In this document: positions 12,001-32,149 of the stretch, in pieces
Numbering within the stretch: the stretch's first letter is position 1
How the letters are laid out: every line of letters starts with the position of its first letter
Source of the DNA: Macrostomum lignano
Taxonomy: Eukaryota
Length of the DNA: 64,000 nt
Assembly: GCA_002269645.1 (NCBI GenBank)
Contig: NIVC01003654.1
Span: forward strand, 1 to 64,000
Direction of reading: 5' to 3'
Notes under the pieces: generated by a model
The model's input: the letters and a program-made list of their open reading frames with translations, nothing else
Told to the model about the DNA's origin: nothing
The model's database searches: none
Position numbers and translations under genes: made by a program

Positions 12001-13727
12001 GGGAGATGGATGAGCCGGCGAGAGATGAAGAGGGAGCAGCTCGGCAGGAAAAGTGAGTGGGAGTCCCTAGCCTAATCCTCACCTGCGAGATTGTGGAGGC
12101 AAAGGATAGCTGAGCTGGTTATCAGCCGTTGCTATCCAGTTGCTAGGCTCTAACGCCCAACGCCCCGAGGTGAAGATTATGCGATTTTCTTTTACCGAAC
12201 TACTCGCCGCCCCGACAGGAGAAAATTCATTCCTTATTCTGTTTTTCTCACTGTCTGACTCAGGGGGCACACAGCCTTGGTTGAATCTCGCTTTGATCTC
12301 GGGGCTTCGCTTCTCATGTCTCTGATTATTATTTTCTCCATGCTCAATTTTGCAGCTGTGCCTACAAAAGCACTGTCTCTGCTTTGTGCGTCTTTGAGTC
12401 TTGTAAATTCTACTAGAGTTTTAAACTGAGACGTCACAGGGCACTGCTGTTTGCTGTGACATTACCGAGACTTTGGATTGACATTATCGAGACTGTAGTG
12501 ACGTTTGGAGTGACATTACCGAGACAATGCACTGCTTTTTGCAGTGACAGTAGTGAGACATTGCAGTGACGTTTGGAGTGATATAACCGAGATAGTGCAC
12601 TGCTTTTTGCAGTGACATTACCGAGACTTTGGAGTGACATTACCGAGACACTGCAGTGACGTTTGGAGTGACTACCAGAACAGTAGAGTCCAGTGACATT
12701 CGAATGACACAGGTGAAACTAGAGTGACAGCGGAGGGGACAGCAGAACAAGCATAGAGTGACATGTTGCAGTGCTTTCAGAAGTTTTCCTCACTGTTCTT
12801 CTTCAACAGCAGAATCTCCTGTTGGTCCGGCTCGCAGGATTCCAGGCTCTTGTTGATTCGCTGAATGGACTCCGGGTCTGTCTGGTCGCTGTACATGAAG
12901 TTGCAGGTGCAGGAGCGCTGCATCGCCTCCGCTCGACTGAAACCCGAAAGCTTGGAAAAGCCGTCGTTGCAATAAACAATGGGGTAGTCCACGATGCGCG
13001 CGTTCGCGAGTAGGAAACTGCTGTCTGTAAATTGGTGAGGACGAGTTTGGGAAACTGCTGTCTGTAAATTGGTGAGGACGAGTTTGGGAAACTGCTGTCT
13101 GTAAATTGGTGAGGACGAGTTTGGGAAACTGCTGTCTGTAAATTGGTGAGGACGAGTTTGGGAAACTGCTGTCTGTAAATTGTGAGGACGAGTTTGGGAA
13201 ACTGCTGTCTGTAAATTGGTAGGACGAGTTTGGGAAACTGCTGTCTGTAAATTGGTAGGACGAGTTTGGGAAACTGCTGTCTGTAAATTAGTGAGGACGA
13301 GTTTGGGAAACTGCTGTCTGTAAATTGTGTAAATTGGTGAGGACAATATGGGAAACAGATTTCTGGTAATTAACAGTTAAGTAATTAATTAATTGTGAAA
13401 CACGGATTTCGATTCAAAAGAGTAAGGGAATTATCTTTGCTGAGGCAAACAGGCTGCGTCAAAAGTACAGCAGCAAAATGCCCGGCTCTTGGCATGAAGC
13501 CTCGCAGTTTACGAACTAGTTGCAGAGATCAGGTTCATGTAGCTTCTGTAAATTTTTTACGTTCCCTTTGATCTCGAGTTTCTGCCCGAGAGAGATCTGA
13601 CTTTATTGCTTTTCTGCCTCGCTGCACTGATGCGCTGAGGCTACTCACGCTGTCCGTTGCATCGTCGGATGATGTTTTCCAGGAAGGTGTTCTGCGGAGC
13701 CACCAGGCCTCGTCGAGAGCCCGACAT
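1..13727 (-). CDS. eag: Ether-a-go-go (EAG/KCNH1/KCNH5-like) voltage-gated potassium channel, 5' part; continues beyond left edge
   Basis: Exons (minus): 13649-13727 ([29 protein letters not shown] cap), 12794-13024 ([25 protein letters not shown]), 11670-11813 ([18 protein letters not shown]), 10882-11006 ([14 protein letters not shown]), 8620-9018 ([20 protein letters not shown]1-S3), 6725-7136 (S4 [14 protein letters not shown]; pore [10 protein letters not shown]), 230-353 (S6/C-linker, damaged), <1-98 ([22 protein letters not shown]). All junctions are GT-AG and phase-consistent. Confidence 0.93.
453..665. repeat. 21-bp minisatellite (CAAACCACAGTGACCGATGCC), left part
   Basis: About 10 direct tandem copies; resumes at 5317 after the MITE and LTR insertions. 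Explains the TTVTDAQ/GLGIGHC ORFs. Confidence 0.95.
666..1055. mobile_element. hAT-like MITE / foldback element, 390 bp
   Basis: About 153-bp terminal inverted repeats (666-819 vs 903-1055, CATGGATGAATG...CATTCATCCATG); 8-bp target-site duplication TGCCCAAA at 658-665 and 1056-1063; non-coding core. Confidence 0.9.
1065..1283 (+). repeat. 5' LTR
   Basis: TGTTAG...GAACA, 219 bp; one mismatch to the 3' LTR (1167 T vs 5200 C). Confidence 0.96.
1285..1296 (+). promoter_or_regulatory. Primer-binding site TGGCGACGA (tRNA-Ser(GCU)-like)
   Basis: Starts 1 nt after the 5' LTR with TGG (complement of tRNA CCA); tRNA identity is inferred. Confidence 0.75.
1293..2170 (+). pseudogene. gag: Retrotransposon gag (frameshifted near 1675), two CCHC zinc knuckles
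   Basis: [22 protein letters not shown]..; RLR[fs]DQFIFGL; [14 protein letters not shown] and [14 protein letters not shown]; no in-frame ATG before 1449. Confidence 0.85.
2167..5076 (+). pseudogene. pol: Retrotransposon pol (protease, RT, RNase H, integrase) with two in-frame stops
   Basis: LLDTGS protease; RICGDY, YQDD RT; [17 protein letters not shown] RNase H; GHIG..CSSC zinc finger, [20 protein letters not shown] integrase; TAG at 3142-3144 and TGA at 3175-3177 in frame. Confidence 0.92.
5086..5097 (+). promoter_or_regulatory. Polypurine tract
   Basis: AATGGGAAGGAG immediately before the 3' LTR. Confidence 0.8.
5098..5316 (+). repeat. 3' LTR
   Basis: 219 bp, 218/219 identical to the 5' LTR. 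Confidence 0.96.
5317..5835. repeat. 21-bp minisatellite, right part
   Basis: Same unit as 453-665, drifting to CAAACCACAGAGACTGAAGCC after about 5635. Confidence 0.95.
7410..7890. repeat. 38-bp intronic minisatellite
   Basis: Unit TTAGGGTGTTCATTGACGTCTACTAGAGTGTTAGAGTA with variant copies. Confidence 0.9.
10489..10863 (+). mobile_element. Putative tRNA-derived SINE
   Basis: Pol III B-box GGTTCGATTCC at 10540-10550 in a tRNA-like head; ends in an (ATG)n(ATT)n tail at about 10840-10863; A-box weak, no TSD seen. Confidence 0.5.
11054..11662. repeat. 19-bp intronic minisatellite
   Basis: Unit GAAGCCATCCTGAGCCCCT; ends about 7 nt from the donor at 11669. Confidence 0.92.
12430..12770. repeat. 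Degenerate AGTGACA-core repeat
   Basis: Repeated GTGACATTACCGAGAC and AGAGTGACA motifs. Confidence 0.65.
13014..13345. repeat. 36/37-bp minisatellite spanning the EAG exon-2 splice acceptor
   Basis: 9 copies of GGAAACTGCTGTCTGTAAATTGGTGAGGACGAGTTTG; the first copy overlaps the exon. Confidence 0.95.
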
Positions 13728-15714
13728 TTTGAGACGCTACAGGAGGGACTTCGAGATCGAGATCGAGGCGGCTTGAGACTCAATGATCGGTCATCTGTGG
13801 CTGTCTAGCAGGCATTGTCAGGGCTGCGACAGAGCGGCTCATGAGCAGCAGGTGGAGACGAGCAGCAGTGCACCGGGGGGGGGGGCAATTAATTTTACCT
13901 GGCAAGGGCTAGACAGAAAAATAGCGTTCCTTCTCACTTTCACTGCCTGTTTTATTTTCTGCCTCTGTCTCTCTCAAACCTTTGCCCCTCGGTCCGTGCC
14001 AAGCCGGCTGGTGATTGGCAAGAGCGAGTCTGTCTGCACGGCAACTACAACGGTAACAGAGATAGAAGGGAAGAAGGGATAGGGAAACGGAGAGGAAGGC
14101 TTTGAGGACAGAAATACAAAGGGGGAAACGGAGGCGGGGGGGTACAAGAGGACGACTGGAACGAATGGCAGGATGGAGGATGCGAGAGGCTGGTCGGGTG
14201 AGGCTGAGTCTGCCCGCTCATGGCAAAGCCGCTGAGGGCTTGGCAGCCTCCTTAAAGATGTCGGGCCGCCATTATCGCCAAGAGCGAGAGGAGCAGTATG
14301 CTTGGATTCTGAGAACTCTTGCGGGGGTGGAGGTTGGGCCGGCTGCGTGGTAGGAAACACTGTAGCCATGACAACACGGCGAATCAATGAGGAAGGGAGT
14401 GCGTTGTTTGGGCTTGGCTGCGAGGCGTGGCTCCATGCCGTGTGTTCAGTTGGGAAGAGACGGGGCGACGGGACAGAGATGGAGTGGATTGCGGGACACA
14501 ATAAAGCATTGTGAGACCTTGGAAGACTTTGTGATGCAGGGATCAAGTAGACGCACTGCAGTGGGAGAGAAGGCACAGTTATGAGAGACGGGTGACTCTC
14601 CGGCTCAGAGTAGAAAAAAGTGGCCAAAAGAAACCAGGCCCACCCCATGAACCTCACTGCCCGTTGATGTAGTTGGCAAGCCAGCGGAGTCCCTGGCAAC
14701 GGATCTCTATCCTTCTCTTTCTGTAAGCAAGACCCTGCTTTTAGTAGATAACTGGCAAAGGGCCAATCAAAATTATTGATCCATAGCAAAGCAGAGGCTT
14801 AGTGAGAGGCGAAACTCATCTAATCCAAAATTGGAGCCGCGGCTAAAGGTGTGCAAATGGAGGCAAAATAAGCTTTGAGAACTGCTGTTTGCGCGCGCTG
14901 AGCGGCTGAATACAGCGGACGCCGGTGCATCCATTATGCACAGTCGGGGCTCGCTAGGCTGTGGGGAGCCAGCATTCATTGCCTGATGTCTCTCTCCAGA
15001 CCTGCTTCTCTCCACCCGCCCCACCTTCGCCCCCCCCCACTCTGTCAATTTAGCTTGAGGCCAAAGCGTGTATTGTGCTGCCTTGGTTACTTCCCAAAGC
15101 GTCCCCCCCACAATCTCCCTTAGCTTCCCCTCTTCTCTCTCTCTCGCGCACTTTTTCTCTTCATGCCTTCGACAAATATTCCAGAAAAAGTTGGGAACCA
15201 AAAAGCTGCTTTCGCCAGGCAGATCCAGCCTAACCTGTCTTGGAGCTCTGGTGGCAGAGGGGCTGAGCAGACTGCAGCTATTCCCTTGAGAGGCTCGCGC
15301 GTCTGCTTGGGGAGGCAATTTCTTTGAGAATCTCAATGCACTTTTTGCTAATAGGTACTGCGTTTTTCTCAAGTGTCTGAATTCTCATTTTTACGTTTTC
15401 AGCTGCGTGAGCGACAGCCGTTTGGTGATTGAACGAGTGTCCTAAAAGCACGAGAAAGTAAAGTTGGTCTTCACAAAACTGAAAATTTTATTTACTTTAC
15501 AAAGCTTACGTTAAATAACAATCAAGAACACTGTACAGCTTATTAATCAAAAAAGGTTCACTACACGGACTAATGTTAATTTAATCCAAAAAAGCAATTC
15601 AAATGGCGCAAAAATGCGTAGTGCTTTCATCCCAGATAATATCTGTAATTCGAAATTGCTAGCTGGCTACCTCGGATCCGTAATTCTTAGTCTGTTGTCG
15701 ACTCAGATCTTCTT

Positions 15715-16092
15715 GTAGTCCTTAGACGGCTGTGGACACGGATCTGTAGTCCTTAGACGGCTGTGGACACGGATCTGTAGTCCTTAGACGGCTGTGGACA
15801 CGGATCTGTAGTCCTTAGACGGCTGTGGACACGGATCTGTAGTCCTTAGACGGCTGTGGACACGGATCTGTAGTCCTTAGACGGCTGTGGACACGGATCT
15901 GTAGTCATTAGACGGCTGTGGACACGGATCTGTAGTCCTGTGTGGACACGGATCTGTAGTCCTTAGATGGCTGTGGACTGTAGGACACGGATCTGTAGTC
16001 ATTAGACGGCTGTGGACACGGATCTGTAGTCCTTAGACGGCTGTGGACACGGCTGTAGTCCTTAGACGGCTGTGGACACGGATCTGTAGTCA

Positions 16093-16112
<20 letters not shown>
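15715..16112. repeat. 31-bp minisatellite overlapping the KIF26 stop codon and 3' UTR
   Basis: Unit GTAGTCCTTAGACGGCTGTGGACACGGATCT, about 12 copies. Confidence 0.93.
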
Positions 16113-25143
<9,031 letters not shown>

Positions 25144-26274
25144 GGAGACGCCCCTTTTTCTTAGTCAGCACCTGCACACACGGGCAAGCGCTGCCGCTGC
25201 TGATAATATCTGAAGCAGGCCTGACAGAGCGCGGTAGCAGCAGCCAATGAAAATGGAGCTAAAAACTCTTCCGGGTTCCGGAATGCGCCAGAGGCATCAT
25301 AAAGTTTAAACCTATTTATTAACTGCATACGACGCAATGCGCAACTCCTAGCACGCCAGTATTTCCAGGAACCCTAATTACGAGTATTTCTTCGCTCATA
25401 AGGGCCACCTAAATTGGCTGCGGATTGAGCTTTGATTTGCCGCTAAAAATAATAACAGGTTTTCAAAAACCAGCAGATTCCGGATCCTTGTATCAGGAAA
25501 TGACGGAACGATAAGCGGACGAAGAGCCAGCGCTAAACAGTCTCAGATTTCTATTTTTTGTCGAAATAGAGTAGTCATGACAGGACTTCTGGTGCAAAGA
25601 CAACCAAATCCCCTTGGATCAACATCTATTTATACATAATGACCCTATTTCTAAAATTATCCAGCTCAATGCAATACTTACAATTGCTGATCCAAGGGTG
25701 ACACAAAAATCCCACTTAGATCAACATCTTTTTTGTCTTTTTTTGTCTGGGTGTCAGATTCGCGAAATCAATGAAAAATATTTTTGAAGACAGTTTGAAT
25801 TTGTGTTTTTTTTAAGTGTAGTGTTGGTGAATGTGTTGAAGAGTCAATCTTGGCTGTCTCGTGGAGGGATACTGGAGGGGGTTGGGCTTAAAAAATGACC
25901 AAAAACCCACCAAAACCCATCTACCATTACTCCATACTAATTAAATTAGTGGGTTTTGAGTGTCTGATTAACATTAGCCGAGTGTGCGCTCATACAGCTT
26001 GAAAGTTAAGTGGGAATTTTGTTGTCCCAGAGGGCGGGGTGCTTGTCTATTTTATTGCACTTAGATTAGCAGTTGAAATTATTGCGTTAAGGTGGCTAGT
26101 TTTAGATTTAAGAGCATTATATGCCAATAGATTTCAGCAGAGTTTGATCGAAGGGAATTTGGTTATCTTCGCATCAGAAGTCCTGTCATGACAACTACAG
26201 AAAAGTCAATCAAAAGGGCTGGACAAAGTGAAAGACAGGCGGGCGAGTCTGCTTTGGTTGAGCTGGCTGCACAG

Positions 26275-26494
26275 TCACGGGTTTCTGTCGCTTGAGTCGC
26301 ACCGGTCAGAGGGGGGCGGGCCGGTCACACCAGCCGCCGCCTCGGACTCCTCCTGCTCAGCGTACATCCGCCTCAGGCTGGCAATGCGGGCTTCCCTCTC
26401 CGCCTGGTAGGCCGACATCCGCGAGTTCACGAGCCCGTAGGCCGGGTAGACCGCCGCCGCCGCAGCCGCCGCCGTGGAGTCGCCGCCACCGCCT

Positions 26495-26538
<44 letters not shown>

Positions 26539-26681
26539 TCTCCCGGAGCGGCCGATGCGCAGGCTGTCCACCTTGTGCAGGAAGCGCGCCACAGCGAGGC
26601 ACCAGCAGGCCAGGGCCAGGCAGAACAGGACGGCATCGACGACTGTCCAGCGAGGCGGCTCCTCTTCGCTGGCTGTTTCGC
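26275..26681 (-). CDS. Terminal exon of a small single-pass membrane protein of unknown family; upstream exons unresolved
   Basis: Acceptor TTTTCTACAG then GETASEEEPPRWTVVDAVLFCLALACWCLAVARFLHKVDSLRIGRSG-polyG-...DRNP*; one TM helix followed by a basic stretch; GC-rich coding-like composition. Confidence 0.65.
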
Positions 26682-26932
26682 CTGTAGAAAAGAGACATCG
26701 CGTGCGTGATCGAACTGTTCTACTTACAGTAGAAAAATTGGGATATTGGAATTTGAAAAATGGCGCCCATTTCTATCAGCAGCACGTGACGCCTGTTATC
26801 TAGATCGCGCTGACCCCCTCCCCGGCTTTTTGTCTATAGCGATTTTTGGACGATAATTCTGCTGGCGCCTCCGACTAATCACTTCGCAGGTGAATGGGGC
26901 GGATTCCCATTATCCAAAAACAAGGTAGCCAA

Positions 26933-27060
26933 GTCACTCTCCTCGTCACTGTTCTAATCACTCTTCTAGTCACTCTTCTAGTCACTCTCCTCGTCACTAT
27001 TCTAGTCACTCTTCTAGCTCTTCTTGTCACTCTTCTAATCACATTTAGTCACTCTTCAAG
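26933..27060. repeat. 12-bp degenerate repeat
   Basis: Unit AGTCACTCTTCT. Confidence 0.75.
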
Positions 27061-28477
27061 TCATCTACGCGAAATACCCTGCGCTTGAAGATCCTTGAGT
27101 GAGTTGTGCGTCTTCTTGGAGCTCGGGAACCTTATTCGAGCTGCAGGGGCACTGAAATTCATCTTTCCCCAATGGCGGCTCTCGCGAGCGCCCACTTTTG
27201 ACTGGCTGTGGCGCAAGCGCGCTTACAAGAACAACCCGAGAGCCTTCAAAATCAAATCCTTTGAGAACTTCGATACGATTAAAATTGAGATATTTTGAGA
27301 GGGGTCTGGGATTCTGAGATTCCCCAGCAACAAGAAACTTGCAGAGAGCGGAACCTGCTGCTTGGCCCAGCCAGAATTTCCGCTGCACTAATAAAAAAAT
27401 CTGGTAGCCCAAGAGAATTGGCGAAAGCCTTTCAGACCGTTGCACCTCACTTACACCCCAGCCTGGTTACTTTGGAACTTCAAGGATTTACGTTAAAGAC
27501 AAGAGCGAGGAGCGAGGGAGTGGCGGCCGAAGCCGGGCCGGGGCGCGGCGGGGGTTCCCGGAACAGATTCCCGCGGCCAAAGTCCTTCGCGAATAAAAGC
27601 CCCCATAGATCAGTGCCAGACGGGCATCATCGCCCCTGGCCTTCTGTTCCACTGCAAAGCATCGCCAGCCTCCAGTTTGAACAATGCTGCGATGCGGCAG
27701 CGTTCGATGTGGCGAACTTTTCATCAAATTCAGCGGGAAGAAGAGGCCCCGGGCTGGCGCAGAAATGCCAGTCTGACTCTGGCGGCGACCCCCAACTGCT
27801 ATCGGGTTGGGTTGCTACCCGGATTTCCCCACAGCCCAGCTCTCTTACTGTGCGAATACTCACTCGAATTCGATTCAAACGATTCGCCGATTCCGCCGTG
27901 AGCAGCGATAGCCAGGTGAGCTGGTGGCGGCATTTCATACAGCACCGTTGCTTCTGGCAGTTTCTGCTTTCGCAGCTGTCTTCTTCTTTTCTGCTGCTTC
28001 TTGGGGGGGCTTTAGAAATGCTGGTTGAAAGGAACTCTCTCAGACCAGGGCGAGCCGCTCCTCAGCATCCGTTTGATTGGCTGCGAACTCGCTGCCGTCA
28101 CTTGCCGAGTAAAATAAGCACTGCCGGGTGGGTGAGACTACTCATGCTAGTAGAGCAGCGGAGTTTTACGCCAGAGCCTACCGCGCCGCCTGCAATTTAT
28201 CAGCTGTGCTTGGGTTTGTCAGCTAACTATTCTAAACACGAACGAGCGAAGACTCAGACCCCAATTTGCATATGCAGATTTTGTTCGGCCCGACTCGATG
28301 ACAGCGGGCGGGCATTGCGGAGCTGAAGACATCCTAGGATGGGGAAGAGCTTGTTTTTCATGCTGAACTGCTCTGGACTGGGAGATTAGAAGGCTGGTGT
28401 GGTTGGCGGGATTCAGACAGAATTGAGTCAGTGGGGGGCGTCATTTGAGGGAGAAAACAGAGAGAATAGGGCAGGCG

Positions 28478-29012
28478 ACGGAGGGTAGGAGATGGAGGGT
28501 AGGAGGGTAGGAGACGGAGGGTAAGAGGGTAGTAGAGGGAGGGTAGGAGGGTAGGAGACGGAGGGTAGGAGACGGAGGGTAGGAGACGGAGGGTAGGAGG
28601 GTAGTAGACGGAGTGTAGGAGGGTAGTAGACGGAGGGTAGGCGGAGGGTAGGGGATGGAGGGTAGGAGACGGAGGGTAGGAGACGGAGGGTAGGAGACGG
28701 GGGTAGGAGACGGAGGAGTAGGAGACGGAGGGTAGGAGACGGGGGTAGGAGACGGAGGGTAGGAGACGGAGGGTAGGAGACGGAGGGTAGGAGACGGAGG
28801 GTAGGAGACGGAGGGTAGGAGACGGAGGGTAGGAGACGGAGGGTAGGAGACGGAGGGTAGGAGACGGAGGGTAGGAGACGGAGGGTAGGAGACGGAGGGT
28901 AGGAGACGAGGGTAGGAGACGGAGGGTAGGAGACGGAGGGTAGGAGACGGAGGGTAGGAGGGTAGGAGACGGAGGGTAGGAGGGTAGGAGACGGAGGGTA
29001 GGAGACGGAGAG
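28478..29012. repeat. 14-bp purine-rich minisatellite
   Basis: Unit GGAGACGGAGGGTA. Confidence 0.93.
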
Positions 29013-29794
29013 TGCAATTTACAACCAGAGGGAACATGAGGGTGGCTGAGGGGGTGAGCAGAGAGGGGAAGAGCTGGCCGAGAGCTGAGACACAGCAGGC
29101 CAAGAGGGAGATGAAGGACTCAATGTAGACGCATTAATTGACCCCGGGGTCAGTCTGGGGATAAATGCAGCCTTGGCTCTGAAACAATCCCCAGGGGAGA
29201 GCCCTGAGCCGAGTTGCCTGTGAAAGCAGAAAAATGCGAGGCACATTTCTCAACTAGCCTTCGGGAGCACGGCGGAGCTCACTCTATTTTTATTGCTAGC
29301 CGGGTCCGGGGAGGTCAGGCGGGCAGTTCAAAGCGGCGAGATGAAGCAAAAGTTGAGGCAACCGGAGCGGGCGGGGCGGCGCGCGGAGACAGCGGCGCCG
29401 CCTTCCTGATTGACGCGCTCGGGTTCCGGGACGGAGCCCCGCCAGGAGGGAGCGGGACCTCTCTAGTCGGCATCGAGGCCAGTGTGAGCGCAGGGGGGAA
29501 GGAGAGTCCGCACTGGCTGCTGCTGAGTGGGAAAATCCCAGTGACTCCGAGCCCCCCCCCCAGCATTATTGATTGGCCCTGAGAGAATGGAGATATTATA
29601 GAAACAGAGAGGAAGCGAGCTCAGCCTGGTGGATCCGCTGTCCTCGGGCAGCCAATGAGGGTCTGAGAGCCGTACAGATCTCTCTCGGGGAATTTGAGTA
29701 GCGGTCTCAATCTCGGAGGACTCTAACGATCCGCTAGACTGTAACGCGATTTGCTGCTCACCCGGCCGGACCCTGCAGGCAACCTTGCCAGCTC

Positions 29795-30727
29795 ATGGAG
29801 ACTCAGTCGGCATTCAAAGAGGCTGAGGCGGCGGGCGACCAAGCTGCGGCTCGTGTTGACGTCATCGACCAGCTGGAGGAGGAGGAGAGGCCGCCCTCCC
29901 GTCCGACGCTGCTGCTGCCGCCGGCTGCGATGCGCCGACTGGAGCGAAAGCACCGGCGGGCGGTGCGGCGGGAGCGGCGGCGGAAGCGACGACAGGAGCG
30001 GCTGCAGTGGCAGCAGAGCTGGCCGCGGCTTCCGCGTCCGAGATGGCTGCCCGAGTGTCCGGAAACTGCCGGATGCTGCTGCATCGGATGCAGCAGAGGC
30101 GGCAATCATGAAAATCGTCCCGACGATGACGGAGACGACAGCGGCGAGTTTGAAGATGTCGAAGAGCAGCAGCTGGGCGACGGCGCTCCGCGGTGGCGTC
30201 GGCGGACGCGGCAGCGGCAGCGGAGGCGGTGGTCGCGGCTGTGCAGGTCGGCGGTGGCGGCCGCCTACCGCACGGTCTGCTTGGGCATCGGGCTGGCTGG
30301 CGTCGCCTGCCTGGCTGTGGTCGGCCTCGCCGCTGAGTCGTCCCGAGCCCTCTTGACCGCCGGCTGCCTGCTGCTGCTGGCCTGCCTGGGGCTCTGCGCC
30401 AATCAGTGCTTCCTGCAGTCCGCGGGCGGTGGCGGCACTGGCAGCACTGCTCGGCAACCGGATCAGCGCCAGCAGCAGCCTCCAGACAGCTTGGATGCCC
30501 CGGACACTGCAGCCGCAATCGACGCCTTAGTTGCTCGGCGGGTGTCCGCGGCGTTGCAGCTGCCGCAAGATCCGGCCGCGGTGGCAATTTGGCGCCGAGA
30601 GGCTGAGCGGCTGCATCATCTACACCACGAGCATCACCAGTTTCACGGGCACAGCGTGGTTCGATCACTGTCTCTGGCGCACGGCGCTGGCTGGCTGCGG
30701 CCGGCCTGGGCTGTGGATTCTCGCTGA
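29795..30727 (+). CDS. Intronless 310-aa protein with two adjacent TM helices, unknown family
   Basis: ATG-initiated GC-rich ORF; hydrophobic TVCLGIGLAGVACLAVVGLA and ALLTAGCLLLLACLGLCA; Arg-rich, acidic and His-rich tracts. Confidence 0.7.
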   Translation: METQSAFKEAEAAGDQAAARVDVIDQLEEEERPPSRPTLLLPPAAMRRLERKHRRAVRRERRRKRRQERLQWQQSWPRLPRPRWLPECPETAGCCCIGCSRGGNHENRPDDDGDDSGEFEDVEEQQLGDGAPRWRRRTRQRQRRRWSRLCRSAVAAAYRTVCLGIGLAGVACLAVVGLAAESSRALLTAGCLLLLACLGLCANQCFLQSAGGGGTGSTARQPDQRQQQPPDSLDAPDTAAAIDALVARRVSAALQLPQDPAAVAIWRREAERLHHLHHEHHQFHGHSVVRSLSLAHGAGWLRPAWAVDSR

Positions 30728-30899
30728 ACCCAGCTATACCTTGCGTGCTGCATTTATTCTTTAAGTGTTGTGAGACTGCTATTATGAGACTCTGACTCGA
30801 AGTTAGAGAATTAAAATTCCATCAACCCACTCGGGGGGTTAGAAAATTAGAGACGGAAATATTCTGCTTAAGGGAGACAGTTAGAATAAAGTAATGGTG

Positions 30900-31262
30900 C
30901 GCTAGCCAATCAGCGGGCCGCAGTGGGTTCTTGGGGATAGATAAGGATAGATAGCTACGGGGGGTAGGGAAGGGGGTGGTGGCCGGTGCGTTAGCCAATC
31001 AGCGGGCCGCAGTGGGTTCTTGGGGGTAGATAAGGATAGATAGCTACGGGGGGTAGGGAAGGGGGTGGTGGCCGGTGCGTTAGCCAATCAGCGGGCCGCA
31101 GTGGGTTCTTGGGGATAGATAAGGATAGATAGCTACGGGGGGTAGGGAAGGGGGTGGTGGCCGGTGCGCTAGCCAATCAGCGAGCAGCAGTGTGTTCTTG
31201 GGGATAGATAAGGATAGATAGCTACGGGGGCACAAATGGGGGTGGTGCGCTAGCCAATCAAC
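30900..31262. repeat. 89-bp tandem repeat with CCAAT box
   Basis: Three near-perfect copies plus a degenerate fourth, each starting TAGCCAATCAGCG. Confidence 0.88.
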
Positions 31263-31804
31263 GAGCGTATCGTGGCTAATTTATTGTAGAAAAAATGGAC
31301 AAATCGAGTCAATTATGGTACTGCAAGCTATATTAGATGGGGAATTCAGCATTGTATGGCCAAGTCATTCGGTAGAAGACGATTATTTCAATTGGAAGTC
31401 TACGCATTCCCAGAAATTCAATCAATTGCTAAATCAATTAATGAGCCAAGGGCTTCTCAAGGTCGATTCTCCTCTCCCTTTGCGTCCAAAAAATAATAAA
31501 ATCCCAAGAAATACTGCATGGAAAGAATTAGGCTGAGAAGGCTGAAATCCCTAATTATATCTGGCAGAACTGACTTCGGCAGTGACAGCCATTCAACGTG
31601 CCGGACTGCCTGGATGCTTTGAGTTCGCGAATTTCATTTCTTCTTGTTTCTGTCTGCTATTGTGCATGCAATACGCGGTTCCTCACGTTACAACAGGCCA
31701 GTCTAGCTGATCAAATCCAACAGATTTCATGAGCTTTTTCATTTTCTTAATGCGCTTGCGCCTGCGCGTAAACAATTTTAATGCCAGCTTGTGTTACAGT
31801 GCAG

Positions 31805-31814
31805 CTGTCTGTCC

Positions 31815-31904
<90 letters not shown>

Positions 31905-31910
31905 CTGTCT
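31805..31910. repeat. (CTGT)n microsatellite
   Basis: About 26 units. Confidence 0.95.
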
Positions 31911-32149
31911 GCACAATCATGAATCCCCAAAGCGTGCGGTTCAGGTCATCCCGGCAGCCGAATGTGTCTGGGGGCTTTAAATAATGGATGCGCTGCAGGG
32001 CAGACAGGGCCATAACCCGGTGTTAATCTCTGCACCGAAATTGGCTTAGAGGGGAAATTGAATAATTTATGCGAAATATGAGCCTCGCCTTGAAATGCTC
32101 TTCAGCTGCAAGGAACCCAAAAAACTTTTCTTTGTAAAGATCTGTAAAC

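Noticed and set aside
15160-15230. PGESSFLVPNFFWNICRR resembles the EAG N-terminus
   Set aside because: The true exon 1 is at 13649-13727; this stretch lacks an ATG and a compatible donor, so it is probably chance.
31315-31536. 73-aa ORF MVLQAILDGEF...
   Set aside because: No recognisable motif or splice support.
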